This document shows positions 25,809 through 39,821 of a stretch of DNA of 64,000 nucleotides, piece by piece; within the stretch, counting starts at the first letter, position 1; every line of letters begins with the position of its first letter. Origin of the DNA: the human T2T-CHM13v2.0 reference genome, Homo sapiens; the NCBI RefSeq assembly GCF_009914755.1, contig NC_060935.1; one strand, written 5' to 3'. Below the pieces are notes generated by a model, which worked only from the letters and a program-made list of their open reading frames with translations, was not told where the DNA came from and searched no databases. Both the position numbers and the translations under genes were made by a program.

Positions 25809-28800
25809 CCATGCATATTATTAAACTAAATATACTGTATACTAATTTAAGAGGTCACACCTAAAAAATATTATCAGATATGATTGATGCAAAACAAATA
25901 AAAGCCTTACCTTTCTGATGTATGTATGATTTGGAAATGTTCTACCTAATGCATAGTTGTCATGTAGGATCATCCACTATTACCTCTACTCCTCCCCCAA
26001 GAAATGTATTTCAATTTTACTATTCTTGCCCCTGTAAATTAGAGATTATGTACTCTGTTATTGAAAATACAAAATGGTGAGAGTGATAGATGTATCCAAT
26101 AGGCTGTAATATAATGAGAGTACAAATCATTATAAATATATACTTATATGGAAGTTACTTCTTTTACCTGGGGCATGTATGAAATACTAGCATTTACGGT
26201 AGCTCTTGAGTGATGAGTGGAATGCCAGCTAAGAAAGAGTAAGGGCAGAAAATCACCACTAAGATAAACGTAGGAGAAGAGACATAAAAGTACATTAATA
26301 TCAGGCTTGTTGAGTAGAGTGAGGGAAACTAAGAGATGTAGGTGCCTGTGTATAGTGGTAGAAGCTTATATGCATATTTGGATTGTATAAGCATGGAAAG
26401 AGAGGGTGAATTAACAAATGAAATTGGGACTGTAGTTTGGATAAAGATTTAGCAGGCAAGCTGAGTATTTTGGACATTATTTTGTGAGCAGTCAGGAGCC
26501 ACGAACTTTATGTTCAGGGCAATGACAAGAACAAGATAACTTACATTGAGAGACATGATGTGATTTTTCAAAAAATTAAGTATTCATAGTCCTTCAATAT
26601 ATAAATTGGTTTTATTTCTTTTTCATCTATTCTGTTTAAGTGCATTGGTTTTAAATATGATATAATGTGATATTCATTCAATTTTATTCAAACAGCATCA
26701 ATATTTAAATTGTCTGTAATTTACATGAATGGTTCAACATAGATGTTTTAGTTGAATTAATATCTTGCAATAACTTCAGTGGAAATGCTTTTGTTCCTTT
26801 GAAAAATATCTACTAGTTAAGTAAATGTATCCAACTGTGAAAATAATGTGATAAAAATATCTTAATATACATTAAAGTTCATTGGTTTTGAAAAATAATT
26901 GGTTTTAGATACAAAGCTATTAAAATTAGTAAAAATGCCTAATTTAGGATAAAATTTGTTCATTTCTGTGCAATTACTTTTGGCTATGATAGAAAGTATT
27001 TGTGATGAAAACAATATTATGACTTTGGTGACAGTAAGTAGTACTTCTGTTTCAGGAAAAATAAAATAGATGAGATTCATAAATTTAATGGACCAGTAAT
27101 TTAAAATAAGCATCCAAGATGAGAAGAACAGTCGCCTAATTGTTTCCTTTTAACTAGAAACATGCAGAATATAATATTGCCACAGAGTTGTCTATGATTG
27201 CATAGATTTCAAAGTGTTTTCATAGGTTTTATTTTATTTGATCCCCAGGGTAATTCTTTAAGATAGGAAAAACAAGTGGTAAAATATGTTAATATTTTAA
27301 TGACTTTTCCAAGGTTTCAAGTCTGACAGTAGGACCCAGTTGTGTTTTTATTTTATTTTTTATATCTTCTTTACTGGGAGTAGGCTATTATTAGACTTTC
27401 TTTTGCACAAAAGCATTCCAATTTTTTTTCAGTCAAGGCATTCAAAAACTAGTCTACTAAATACGTATGAAGGGTGTATCTGATTTTTCTCGCTGTCATA
27501 CTGCTTGCATTTGGATGCATTAAGACTTAAGTTTATTATATGACAGGCTTTAGTTTCCTTGCTGATATACTTTGCAGATAATGATTTCAAGACTCTTGCA
27601 AAAGCATTGTAGTTCTCAATTTATAAATTTAATTAGGAGGAATGTCCTGTTATAAGAATTTAAAATCACAATCATATCTGTTGTGTATGTGTATACAGTG
27701 CTACACTTTATTAGCTATCACTATGTTCTGTGCATATTTGCAAGTAATGTGTCTGTGTTAAAAAACATTATTCAATCTACACTGAGTTCACTTTTCTTAT
27801 AATCCAAATAATTGGAGTTAGATAAATATCATAAAGAAAACCACTGGTGTATCCTTTTATCCAAATGTCACCTTGTGTCTTTTAATCCAATGTCCCTTGC
27901 ACATACAGTCCAACAATTTTTTTAGTGTTAGGGAGGCATACAAATATGTCAAAGTCATCAACCATTAGACAATATGAGTACAAACTGAGATGGGGTTGGA
28001 GATTATATACGTTCCACTGGAAAAGAGAAGAACAAGCAAAGCAAAAATATGATGTATTACCACTAATTCAAAACCTGAAAATTTTCTCTAGGGCAGAATA
28101 TATTTCACTTACCTATACATTATTACAATGATTTAATTTTGACCAAGACCATAAGGATTTTTTTCTGTGATATTTACATAATTTTGAAATCAAATCCATA
28201 ATAGCATACCATACATAATACAATTTTGTAACATCCGTGCATTTACAGAGATAATAAATTTCTTCATATTTTGAGTTATAAAAATTACTTTAACTATATT
28301 ACTATATTCTAGGTGAATTAATATTAGAATGCTTCACCAAAACCTTTATATCTATTTTTGAAAACTTAAGCCATTATTGATACAATTAATTTGAGAAAAT
28401 TTATTTTCAAGAACCATATTTGCTTTATTTTGGTAATAGAAAGCACCTTAGTTTTAAATGCTAATGTCTTTCCTACATAGGTAAAACAATTTATACTTTA
28501 AGTTAGGTGATGTCTTTCTCTTAGGATTGAAACCTGTATAAATTGAAGGTAAAAGGCCAGTTTACATAGTAAGAAAAGTGGTGAGATAAGGAAGTAAATA
28601 AGATTTTAAAAATCAATATAACATTAAACTAAAAACAATTAGGTGGGAATTATACTCCTTATATAATTTCTGAGCGAAAAAAAACTAAATTTTAAGCCTC
28701 AATAAATTTGCTGTATCTAGGTTCTGTTAGAAAATGTGGAATTCTATATATCTCATTTGCCCTGTAGTTAACTGAGAGGGGGAATAGAGGTTTCCTTCTC

Positions 28801-30237
28801 TAAATAAATAATTAAGCAGCATTTACCAAATCAGAGACAACACATTTCTCATTCATGGCTTCAATAATCTCAAAGAGTTGGACTTTTTGGTCATAAAAAG
28901 ATATTTGTTGACTTACTTACTGATGAATGTTTAGGTCTGTAAACTGGATTGAAACAGATGAATTTCCATCAGGCATATGGTATTATTCCTGAAGAAGCAG
29001 GTATTAACCTTGAGAAGCGACATAGTTGACAAAGTAGGCCATGCAAGACAGTGTAATCAGAGCAGTACAGGTTGGAAGTCTGCTTTTTATTTCCTCGAGG
29101 TACCCAGACTAATTTTCCACTTACATAGACCACAACACTAGTGGCTGAAAAAGCAGAAGACTTTATGATAAGGTCACCTACACCACAGGGGACAACTGCA
29201 TGAAAAGAGAAAAATCAGCTCTCTGCTACGAGGTTTTCATCGTCTGACTTTTGGCAAATAAAAACTGCTAGTAACTGCTGTTTGTCTCTGAGGGAAGAAA
29301 ACGATAGTCTTCGATTGTTTAATATAAAATATTAATTATCTGATTCCTGAATTCTTCTTAAAGACAATAATGAGTCACTTTCCTTTAATCTCTTATGTAC
29401 ATTTTTCTTTCAATTACTTTAGTCTATACTCGTATTCATAGCATGCTTAAGTTTCCCATAAATCTTAATAGAAAGTATTTTTCAGAGACTAAAAGGTTTC
29501 CACAAGAGATACTAATGGTTTCACACTAGTCACCAACTTGATTTTTTCTGCTTCTCAGCTGTCTTTAGTTTCACAGTCCAGAGACCATCTGTCTAGACAG
29601 GTGTTATCGCACTGGTATCTAAAAGTAGAAACTGAACATCATTATTTTTGAAATCTATTTAGAAACTGCAACTCTAGTGATAAAGCAGTACTGGTCTAAG
29701 TTGTGCACTGTTACAAATCACTTCCTTAGAACAGATGGACTACAAAATGGCTTATTTTGCATGGGCCAGCTGTGAACTTAAGTAGAGAATAGGAATTGTG
29801 GATGTCAATTACATTGCACAGAAATTTTCAGTCAAGAAATTTACCAGATAAATCAAAAGGAGTTTGTTATGAGTAGGCATTTATCTCATGGATTTATTTT
29901 TTAAATAATGTCCACTGTTAATACAGGGAAAGACAAATATGAATTAATCTTAAAGATATTAGTATAAAAGTAAATTCTGCTAAAAAATACTTCAAGGCAT
30001 ATAAATGTATGGGCCTTGACTATACTCCACAAATTTTAGCTTGAAAGGCACCATTCTCTTCATTCCAAATTTAAAATACCTGGGTATTGATATCTGAGTC
30101 TTTTCTACTGTGTAATATTGGAGAACTTACCGTTATGAACAAATTTATAGATAATGTTGCAAAAGAATAGTTAATTCCATTACATAGTCACACTGTGTCA
30201 CCCCAGGAACGTCTTTACAGCATAAAAATATAATGTG

Positions 30238-30238
<1 letters not shown>

Positions 30239-30271
<33 letters not shown>
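30239..30271. repeat. (AC)n microsatellite
   Basis: Read directly from the sequence. Confidence 0.97.
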
Positions 30272-30272
<1 letters not shown>

Positions 30273-30404
30273 CATAGGCACTTAGCACAGTGCTGCACAC
30301 ATATTATACAATCTGGTATTGTGTTCATTGCCCAGACTCCCACTTCCTAGTTAAGTTGCCTTGAGACCCTTACTTGAAATTGTGGTGTCCCAGTATTTGC
30401 TGTT

Positions 30405-30550
30405 TTTCTATGTAAAATAGGGATAATAAGCCTTTCCTAAATCATAAGGTTGCTGTGATGATAAATGACACAATACGTATAAATCACTTCGAAAAAACTG
30501 ACATTTAATAAGAAGGCAATAAACATTAGCTGTTATCATTGCTGCTATTA
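30405..30550 (+). mobile_element. MIR 3' half
   Basis: 'tatgtaaaatagggataataa...aggttgctgtgatgataaatga...caataaacattagctgttat'. Confidence 0.7.
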
Positions 30551-31639
30551 TTTCTGTATTCAAAGTGGGTTGGCATGTTATGTTACAAATCACCTGAACT
30601 CAAAGTACCTTTTCCTGAAAGAAAAATAGATATCAAATTTGGACAGATTTGGTTGAAATCATATTCTATTATTTCATAGTTAATGTTGGTGTCTTGGTAC
30701 ATTAAATCGTAATTTAAAACATACTTTTTATGGCAAAGTATGGATCTGAGTTAAAATCATTAAACATTTGGGAAAAAAATTTTATAAAGTAATGACCCAA
30801 AAAACAATCAACGCTTCTTTAGGACCTGCAAACAATATTTTTAAAGAGAGAGGAAACCACTTATCTTTCTAAATAAATATTTTTTCTACATGTGGTTTAA
30901 AATATTTTTTCTCTCTCTCTCTTTCTTTCTCTTTCTCTTTCTTTGCCAGCCCTGCTCCCAAGGAAAACAATAGATAAGAAATAATATAAAGCAAATTCCA
31001 GAGAGGTAGGGGGAACCTAAGGTAAAGAATCAAATCATGTAAGAACAATATTCTTCAACTTCTTGATCTAACATAAAACTTAAATAAATGTTAGCTTATT
31101 TTGACCTTGGTGTTTATGCATACTATAAATCCTAAATATATTGTTTTTTGGCTTTCATTTGTTTTTTACTCTATATTAAATATTGTAATTTTCAATTAGA
31201 AATGATATCATAGCATAATTGAATGTATTTTAGGATGACATTATTACTTGTAATTAGTAATCTATTAAGCTTTAACAAGGTCTTAGGGGCTGAAGCAAAT
31301 AAAGGAGAAAATAAAATCAACTTTTTGGGATCCAATATAATTTAGATGAGCAGGAAATATAAAATATGTTGAACAAAGGCTATTTCTCCATAATACGTTT
31401 TTAAACTACTATAAAAATATATTCAAATAAAATTTAAACCAAAGTGTACAATAAAATATTACCTACTTATAAATGTTGCACAAATAAAAATATAAATAGC
31501 ATACTAAAGAAAATTAAATAAAATGCACTTGGAGATATAGAAACATAGAACTATCTCTGATGAAAATTGAGTCATTCTAAAATGTGCTGAAATATATTTC
31601 TTACATGACTTTTGTAAAAGCAATAAGAATTAATATGAT

Positions 31640-33941
31640 TGTATTAGTCCATTTTCACACTGCTGATAAAGGCAGACCTGAGCCTGGGTAATTTATAAAG
31701 AAAAAGAGGTTTAATGGACTCACAGCTCCACATGGCTGGGGAGGACTCACAATGATAGTGGAAGGCGAAAGGCACATGTTACATGGTGGCAGGCAAGAGA
31801 GAGAAGGAGAACCAAGTGAAAGGAGTTTCCCCTTATAAAACTATCAGATCTTGTGAGACTTATTCACTACCATGAGAACAGTATTGGGGAAACCACCCCC
31901 ATGATTCAGTTATCTCTCACCAGTTTCCTGCCACAACACATGGAAATTATGGGAACCACAGTTCAAGATGAGATTTGGGTGGGAACACATGATAAACCAT
32001 ATCATTCTGTCCCTGGCCTCTCCCAAATCTCATGTCCTCATATTTCAAAACCAATCTTGCATTCCCAACAGTCCCCCAAAGTCGTAACTCATTTCAGCAT
32101 TAACTCAAAAGTCTACAGTCCAAAGTCTCATCTGAGGCAAGGCAAGTCCCTTCCACCTATGAGCCTGTAAAATCAAAAGCAAGTTAGTTACTTCCTAGAA
32201 ACAATGGGTACAGACATTGGGTAAATACAGCTGTCCCAAATGAGAGAAATTAACCAAAACAAAGGGGCTACAGGCCCTATGCCAGTTTAAAATCCAGTGG
32301 GGCAGTCAAATCTATGAACTACAAAATGATCTCCTCTGACTCCGTGTCTTATATCCAGGTCACACTCATGGAAGAGATGGGCTCCCATGACCTTGGGCAG
32401 CACCACTTCTGTGGCTTTGCAGGATAGAGCCTGCCTCCCAACCCCTTTCACAAATCGGCATTGTCTGTGACTTTTCCAGGCACATGGTGTGAGGTGTTGG
32501 TGGATCTACCTTTCTGGGTGCTGGAGGACGGTGGCCCTTTTCTCACAGCTCCATGAGGCAGTGCCCCAGTAGGGACTCTGTGTGGGGGCATCAATCCCAC
32601 ATTTGCCTTCTGCACTTCCCCAGCAGAGGTTCTCCATGAGGGCCTCACCCCTGCCTCTAACTTCTGCCAGGACATCCAGGCATTTCTATACATCCTCTGA
32701 AATCTAGGAGGTTCCCAAACCTCAATTCTTGATTTTGTGTGCCTACAGTCTCAATACCATGTGGAAGCTGCCAAGGCTTGGGGCTTGCACCCTCTGAAGA
32801 CACAATCTGAGCTGTATCTTGGCCCCTTTTTGCCATGGCTAGAGTGGCTGGGACACAAGGCACCAAGTACCTAGACTGCAGACAGCAGGGGGTTCTGGGC
32901 CTGGACCACAAAACCATATTTTTTTCTCATAGGCCTCTTGGTCAGTGATGGGAGGGGCTGCTGCAAAGGTCTCTGACATGCCCTGGAGACATTTTCCCCA
33001 TTGTCTTGGCAATTAACATTTGGCACCTCATTACTTATGCAAATTTCTGCAGCCAGCTTGAATTTCTCTTATAAAATGGGTTTTTCTTTTTTACCACATC
33101 ATCAGGCTACAAATTTTTCAAACTTGCTGTGTTTCCCTTTTAAAACTGAATGTTATTAACAGCACCTAAGTAACCTCCTGAATGCTTTGCTGCTTAGAAA
33201 TTTCTTCTGCCAGATACCCTAAATAATCTCCCTCAGGCTCAAAGTTCCACAGATCTCTAGGGCAGGGGCAAAATGCCACCAATCTCCTTGCTAAAACATA
33301 GCAAGAGTCACCGTTACTCCAGTTCCCAACAAGTTCCTCATTTCTGTTTGAGACGAACTCAGCCTGGATTTCATTGTCTATATCGTTATCAGCATTTTGG
33401 TCAAAGCCATTCAACAAGTCTCTGGGAAGTTACAAATTTTATCACATTTTTCTGTCTTCTGTGCCCTCCAAACTGTTCCAACCTCTGCCTGTTACCCAGT
33501 TCCAAAGTTGCTTCTACATTTTCAGGTATCTTTTGAGCAGCACCCCACTCTACTGGTACCAATTTACTGTATTAGTCCATTTTCACGGTGCTAATGATGA
33601 CAGACTGAAGACTGGGTAATTTATGAAGAAAAAGAGGTTTAATGGACTCACAATTCCACATAGATAGGGAGGCCTCACAGTCATGGCAGAAGGCAAAAGG
33701 CAAAAGGCATATCTCACATGCCAGCAGGCAAGAGAGAGGAGAACCAAGCGAAAGGGGTTTCTCCTTATAAAACCATCAGATCTCGTAAGGCTTATTCACT
33801 ACCATGAGACCAGTATGGGGAAAACCACCCCAGTGGTTTATCTCCCATTATCTCCCACAGGTTATCTCCCACAATACATGGGAATTATGGGAGCTGCAAT
33901 TCAAGATGAGATTTGGGTGGGGACACAGCCAAACCATATCA
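31640..33941 (-). mobile_element. Complete THE1C-like MaLR provirus: LTR 31640-32004, internal 32005-33567, LTR 33568-33941
   Basis: Two homologous LTRs (tgtattagtcc...ccatatca); THE1-int sequence; 5-bp TSD atgat/atgct; internal ORF remnant 33166-33417. Confidence 0.95.
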
Positions 33942-34278
33942 ATGCTGTGTTTCTGTGTCATTGCTTGAATAAAACTTTTTGATTATGTTTTCTTTGTATA
34001 ATGTATGTATACACTAGCACAGCACCAAGGTGGTAGTGGGCATTCAATAAATATCCATTCTCTTCTCACCCCTATGCCATGCTGTTGCCTTTCCTTTACA
34101 TCTTTTTCTTCAGGTCAAATATCTTTATTATTTTCATCCTTTAAAATGTTTCTTTGCATCATCATCTTATTTATTCTCCCATGTGGACCTTAACAATTTT
34201 TTATTTCAATTTAGAATGAGATTTATAGCATGGATTCATATAAATTGAAGGAAATTTTCACAAATATGAATATCCCAG

Positions 34279-34744
34279 TGTAGTGAGTTGAATTGTGCCC
34301 TTCAAAGGATTTGTCCAAATCTTAACCCTGGAACTTGTGATTGTGACCCTATTTGGAAAAAAGGGTCTTTGCATGTTTAAGTAAGTGAAATATCTTCATA
34401 TCAGATCTTTCTTGTTTAACCAGGTGAACCATAAATCTAATGATAGGTGTCCTTCAAAAAAAAAAAAAAGATGTAGATAGAGAAAGAGACACATAGGGGA
34501 CAAGGTCATGTAAAGATGGAGGCAGAGATCTGTAAAATGTATACCTAAGCCAAAAAATGCATGAAGCCACCAGAAGGTGGAAGAGTCAAGGAAAATTCTC
34601 CTCTATCATCTTCAAAACACTGTGGCTTGGCTGAATCCTTCATTTTGGTCTTCTGGCCCCTAGAGCTATGAGAAAATACAGTTCTTTTGCTTTAAACCTC
34701 CAATTTTGTGGAATTCTTTTATGGCAGACCTAGGAAGCTGATAT
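34279..34744 (+). mobile_element. MLT1B/C solo LTR
   Basis: 'tgtagtgagttgaattgtgccc...gtgaccctatttggaaaaagggtctttgca...ggcagacctaggaagctgatata'. Confidence 0.85.
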
Positions 34745-34944
34745 ATGTAGTTTGATCAGTAAATGCATAGAAACAAACATTCATAATGAACATCATAGCA
34801 AATGTTAAGAGAAGAAACATGGAGGTAGACGTGGGATTAAATGTATTTTAAACGTCATCTGACATAATGGTTGAAAGTAGTTGAATCAGATAAATTAATG
34901 AGTATTAAAGACTTTTGTAGTTCATGAAGAGCTCACTCACCCTG

Positions 34945-35082
34945 GATGTCTCAACTGTAGCACTGTTGACATGTTGGACTGGATAACTATTGGAGGCTGT
35001 CCTGTGCATTTTTGGATGTTTAGCAGTATTCCCGTCATCTACCAAGTAGAAGGCAGTAGCATCCTGAGTTATGACGACCAAA
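34945..35082 (+). mobile_element. MER20 DNA transposon, truncated
   Basis: 'ctcaactgtagcactgttgacat...ggctgtcctgtgcatttttggatgtttagcag'. Confidence 0.8.
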
Positions 35083-35094
35083 GCGGGTGTAGCA

Positions 35095-35430
35095 TTGGGG
35101 CAAGGAAAGATGTTGGTCAAAGAGTACAAAGTTCCAGTTAGATAGAAGGAATACATTTTAGAGATGTATTGCACAGTATGATGGCCGTAGTTAATAATTT
35201 ATTGTATATTTCAAAACTGATTTTACATGTTCTCACTACAAAAAAAATAAGTAGTTAAGTGATGGATGTGTTAATTCACCTGATTTAATCTACCTACAAT
35301 GTGTGTGTATATATATATATACACACACACACGTGTATATATATATATCAAAACATCAGATTGCCTTCCATAAAAATATACAATTGTTATTTGTCAATTA
35401 TAATTTGTAAAAATGCAAGAAAGAAAAAAA
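35095..35430 (+). mobile_element. L1MA (MA4-7-like) 3' end with internal TG/TA/CA microsatellite
   Basis: 'gatgttggtcaaagagtacaaagttccagttagatagaaggaata...tatttgtcaatta' plus A tail. Confidence 0.85.
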
Positions 35431-35444
35431 TATTTTTAGAAGAT

Positions 35445-35635
35445 CAGGACTGGGGTGAGGTGAATGAGGCATTTGCCATGGGCACAAATTTAAAGAAGGT
35501 ACCCAAAAGCTGATTGATCAGGAACAATATTTTAATGCAATATTTTTTAAAAATTAAAAATTATACTAAAATTAATGATTAACAAAATAGCAACTTTTAA
35601 AATAAAGACAAGATTAGTACCATTACTAAATGTTC
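35445..35635 (+). mobile_element. hAT-type DNA element (MER96B-like, name tentative)
   Basis: 'ggactggggtgaggtgaatgaggca...gggcacaaatttaaag...aatattttaatgcaatatttt'. Confidence 0.45.
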
Positions 35636-35769
35636 CCTGTTGGTGAGGAAGTGGTAAAATTGCCCTCTGTTAATCAATGCACCGATGTAATATAAGTGAT
35701 ATTGCTGCTGTGAAATCACTTGATCTGCTCTATTCTCATTAGTCTCCTCATCACTAAAAGAAGTTTAGC

Positions 35770-35965
35770 ATTCTTGTGATGAAGGCAACCAGATCTCAGT
35801 TTGAATTGTGACTCTGCACCTACTTGCTATGTATCCTTAGACGTGAGTGTAGTTGTCAGCAAATTAGATTAATAAGTACACTTATGTCGTGGGATTTGTG
35901 TAGATAACTGAGATAATTCTAGTAAGGTAGGTAACACAGTGCTTAAAAAGTAATCACGCTATAGT
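35770..35965 (+). mobile_element. MIR SINE (diverged)
   Basis: 'gtttgaattgtgactctgcacctacttgctatgtatcctt'. Confidence 0.5.
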
Positions 35966-38340
35966 AACCAAAAGCATAAAAAAATTACAGATGACATAAG
36001 GGAACTATCTTCTGTAGTAATCAAGGCTTTATTTAAAATTTTAAATCTACTTGTGCAAAGAATATGTTATGTCCTGGACATGATAAGTGAGCTAAACTGT
36101 ACTAACTACCATAAATGTTGTTAATATTACTGTGTTTTATGTTACCTTAATAAATATCACAGAATCTTGAATTCATAGCCAGTCCTACAGCATCATATTC
36201 CTACAACATACTTAGCATCTAGTCATGCAGCAACTCTTAAGAGATCTTTTAACAGAGCTTGTGAGTTCTTTTATTTTTTAACCCCACTTTCTAAATTTCA
36301 AACATGACAAAGACAAGAGCATCATTTTGCTGTCGTTTTCTGATAAAATGTCTGCAATATATGGGCAGTCAAGAGCCCACTTCCAGGATAATAGAAGTAG
36401 TAGGAAAACCTAAACCTTAGATTGAGTCTGGGGTAATGCGATTCAGAAGCTGCTTTGAACAAAATTAGAAAGAAAACAGAATTAATAAGGAAACCCTAGC
36501 ATCCCATGAGACAAGACAGTAATCTGAGGATACACTCAGAATTTCAAGTTAACTTGGAGTGTGCTAATATTTTCTAGGTTTGTCTATAGACCTGTAGAGA
36601 AAAATAAAATAATTTCTATTTAAGGACTTAGAACAATTTTCATTTTCAGTTAGAAATGACAATGTTATTCCCTTATAATCACACATGAAAAATCTAAGTT
36701 AAACAACGTAAGGGGAGTATCTGCAAACTTCATGGTCTAAGAAAATCTGTGTTAATTATTTTTTAAAAATAGTCTGAAAGAGGAAAACATTTGTCATCTG
36801 AGTGAGATTTGAAAGAGACATAGTTTAAAGTTTTAATAGAAAACACGAAGGATTTGCCCAAAGTCTAAGATTTTACTCATGATGTCACACTTAAAATTGA
36901 TCAAAAAGTAAATACCCATACAACAAATGGGAAATATGCAGAAAAATATTTTGTATAATAATAGGTATAGAGAAAATAAAGTGCAGATAACAAAATTTCA
37001 TTAGTGTAATATACTCAAACATATGCTTAAGTACTTATAGAGTAAGAGAACATGTTAATGGTTTGGCCATTGGGAACTGTGTGCAGTATTATAAAAATTA
37101 TGAATATGTGAACAAATTTTGTTACAGACTACATTAATTAATATATTACATATGTACAATTTTGGAGAATATTAAATGGAATGTAGTTCCTATAATTATT
37201 TTCTTAAGAGTGATATTCAGATACTACAGTAATACATTTGGTTGTCATTTATATCAAATATTAAATATTTGCTTTATGATATAGACCTATACACAGACAT
37301 ATATGTGTATATGTCACATTCTTATCTGGATGAATTAACATATCTTAAACAGTTAGATTAAGCCTGTAATTTTCTTATCTTTAAGTCATTTCACTGTAAT
37401 GTCTTATATTGTTGAAAGCAACTAATATCAGTATTACTAGAGAAATGGGTTATTTTGCACTTTTTCTTCATAACTTAAAGAACACAGTAGCACTGAGATT
37501 GTAACATGATCGTTCCTCTAAAGAGCACTCCACAGATGTCCGCTAAAAGGTATTATTAGGTGTATAAAATTGTTTAATAAGGAAAGAAAACCACAATATC
37601 ATATACATCTTTTGTAACATTAACAGTACAAGACTAATCCTACGAGACCAAAAGTCACTGAGATGAAATATAAACCAAAAATTCATAAAACTCAACTGAA
37701 GAACAAAAATGTCACCTTTGAAGGTACCTATCCAAAATGCTATCTGTTATCAAACAAGTGATAGCTGTAAATGTTCTCATTTTTATTACCCTGCCCTTCT
37801 TATAACTCATAAAACTATATAGATTTTTCATTATATGTGCTAGGAAAACTGGAAAATGATGCCCCTAGCATATTGAAGAATAATAGAAGAGAAATATGTT
37901 ACAACCTTGTTTAACAGAACTGACATTGGCACAGAAAAATAGTGGAACATACATACATACATACGTAAGTGGCCGTCTATGAAAGTATATCTATAACATG
38001 AACAAATTTATGCAAAATTAAGATTAAAATCATTTGTTGGTTTTTTTAAAATAGATTTTTAAAACATTTTACTTTTTCACTGAAAAATGTATGGAGTATC
38101 TCTATGTTCTTGGTACTGCCTTTTAAGATTTTACATTACATATTTTAGTTTAGTCTTTATGTAGTTAATAAATAATTATGCTTAGTTATTTCTCTATAGC
38201 TATTAGGCTCTAAGAAACTTAATTCTTGAGTCATCATAGGATATATTATATTAACTAACAAACATTAATATTTGCAATGAGCTTAAAGTTTACATTGCAG
38301 AAAAAAAAATCTGGGACAAAATGGATCTTAAACTAGTGTC

Positions 38341-38656
<316 letters not shown>

Positions 38657-39698
38657 CTAGTGTCATGATTTTTATTTGGAGAGGAAGGAATGTGGTTATA
38701 TTTAGCAGAACTGGACTATGAATCGTTTGATGTGTGTATTCCTTTTTAGTAAGCTTAATTGTCTTATAATTTAAAAATATAAGGTAATTCCTCAGTTGTG
38801 ATGGTTGATTGTAGATTACTTGGAAGGGAGGATAGCTGCAAAGGAGATTACAGTGGATTAGAATTTGTATATAACAAAGGCTTTTTGTAAAAGTTTGCCC
38901 TTCACCAAAAAGCAAACTACTTCTAAAGACACTTTAATGCTAAAGACAAATTTTGAAATTATAAGTTGATTTTGATCTAATTTAGATCCTAGAAAGCTGC
39001 CCCTAAGATAAAATATGATGCCTACACAACAATGTGCTGGCTCCTCTCCTTGGTTATTTTATTAGACACAGCCATAGGAACGTTGACAATAGGTGTGGAT
39101 TCAGGCATTTAGGAGAAAAGATAAGTCTTCTTAAGGTTAGGTCTTTATTTCTGTAACATAAGAGAGAGTTATTGGGGGCGTTACTGGAAGTGTAGTAAAT
39201 CCCATTTTTATATTTTTTTAACTATACACTCCACGACATGGTTTAGTTTTATAAACATCATAGAATTTCTAATTGTATAAGCATAATATCTAAAATGCCC
39301 AAATACAAAATTTTACATAGTATCCAAATACCAATATTCTATCTTTCATGGATTTATAAAAGTGGCTTGACTTAAGTAAAGCTTTCTGTTGAAGTCTTGA
39401 TTTCTCTCTTTAATTTTTTAACATTGACAACTTTTATATAGAAAAGGAAAAAATCAGAAATATAGATTTTGTGTTGAATTAATGGGAAATGGAAGTTGTG
39501 ATAAGAAAATTCACTAATTAAATATCTGTATTACTCTTTAGGCTTTCTCAGCACTTAAAAATGGTTATACATATGTTTTGATAGCAGCACAATGATCCCC
39601 AAGATTATATCAACTAAGTAAATACTTAATTAGTATTTAACTTGGAATATTTATTAAGCATATATATACAAAAAAGGCTCATATGTAAGTAAATGTAG

Positions 39699-39821
39699 AT
39701 ACACATATACACATAGTATATGTACATATGTATATGTATATACACATATACACATAGTGTATGTACATATCTATATGTATATACACATATACACATAGTA
39801 TATGTACATGTCTATATGTAT
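39699..39821. repeat. 3 x 41-bp purine/pyrimidine-alternating minisatellite
   Basis: Unit atacacatatacacatagtatatgtacatatgtatatgtat at 39699, 39740 and 39781 with few substitutions. Confidence 0.9.
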
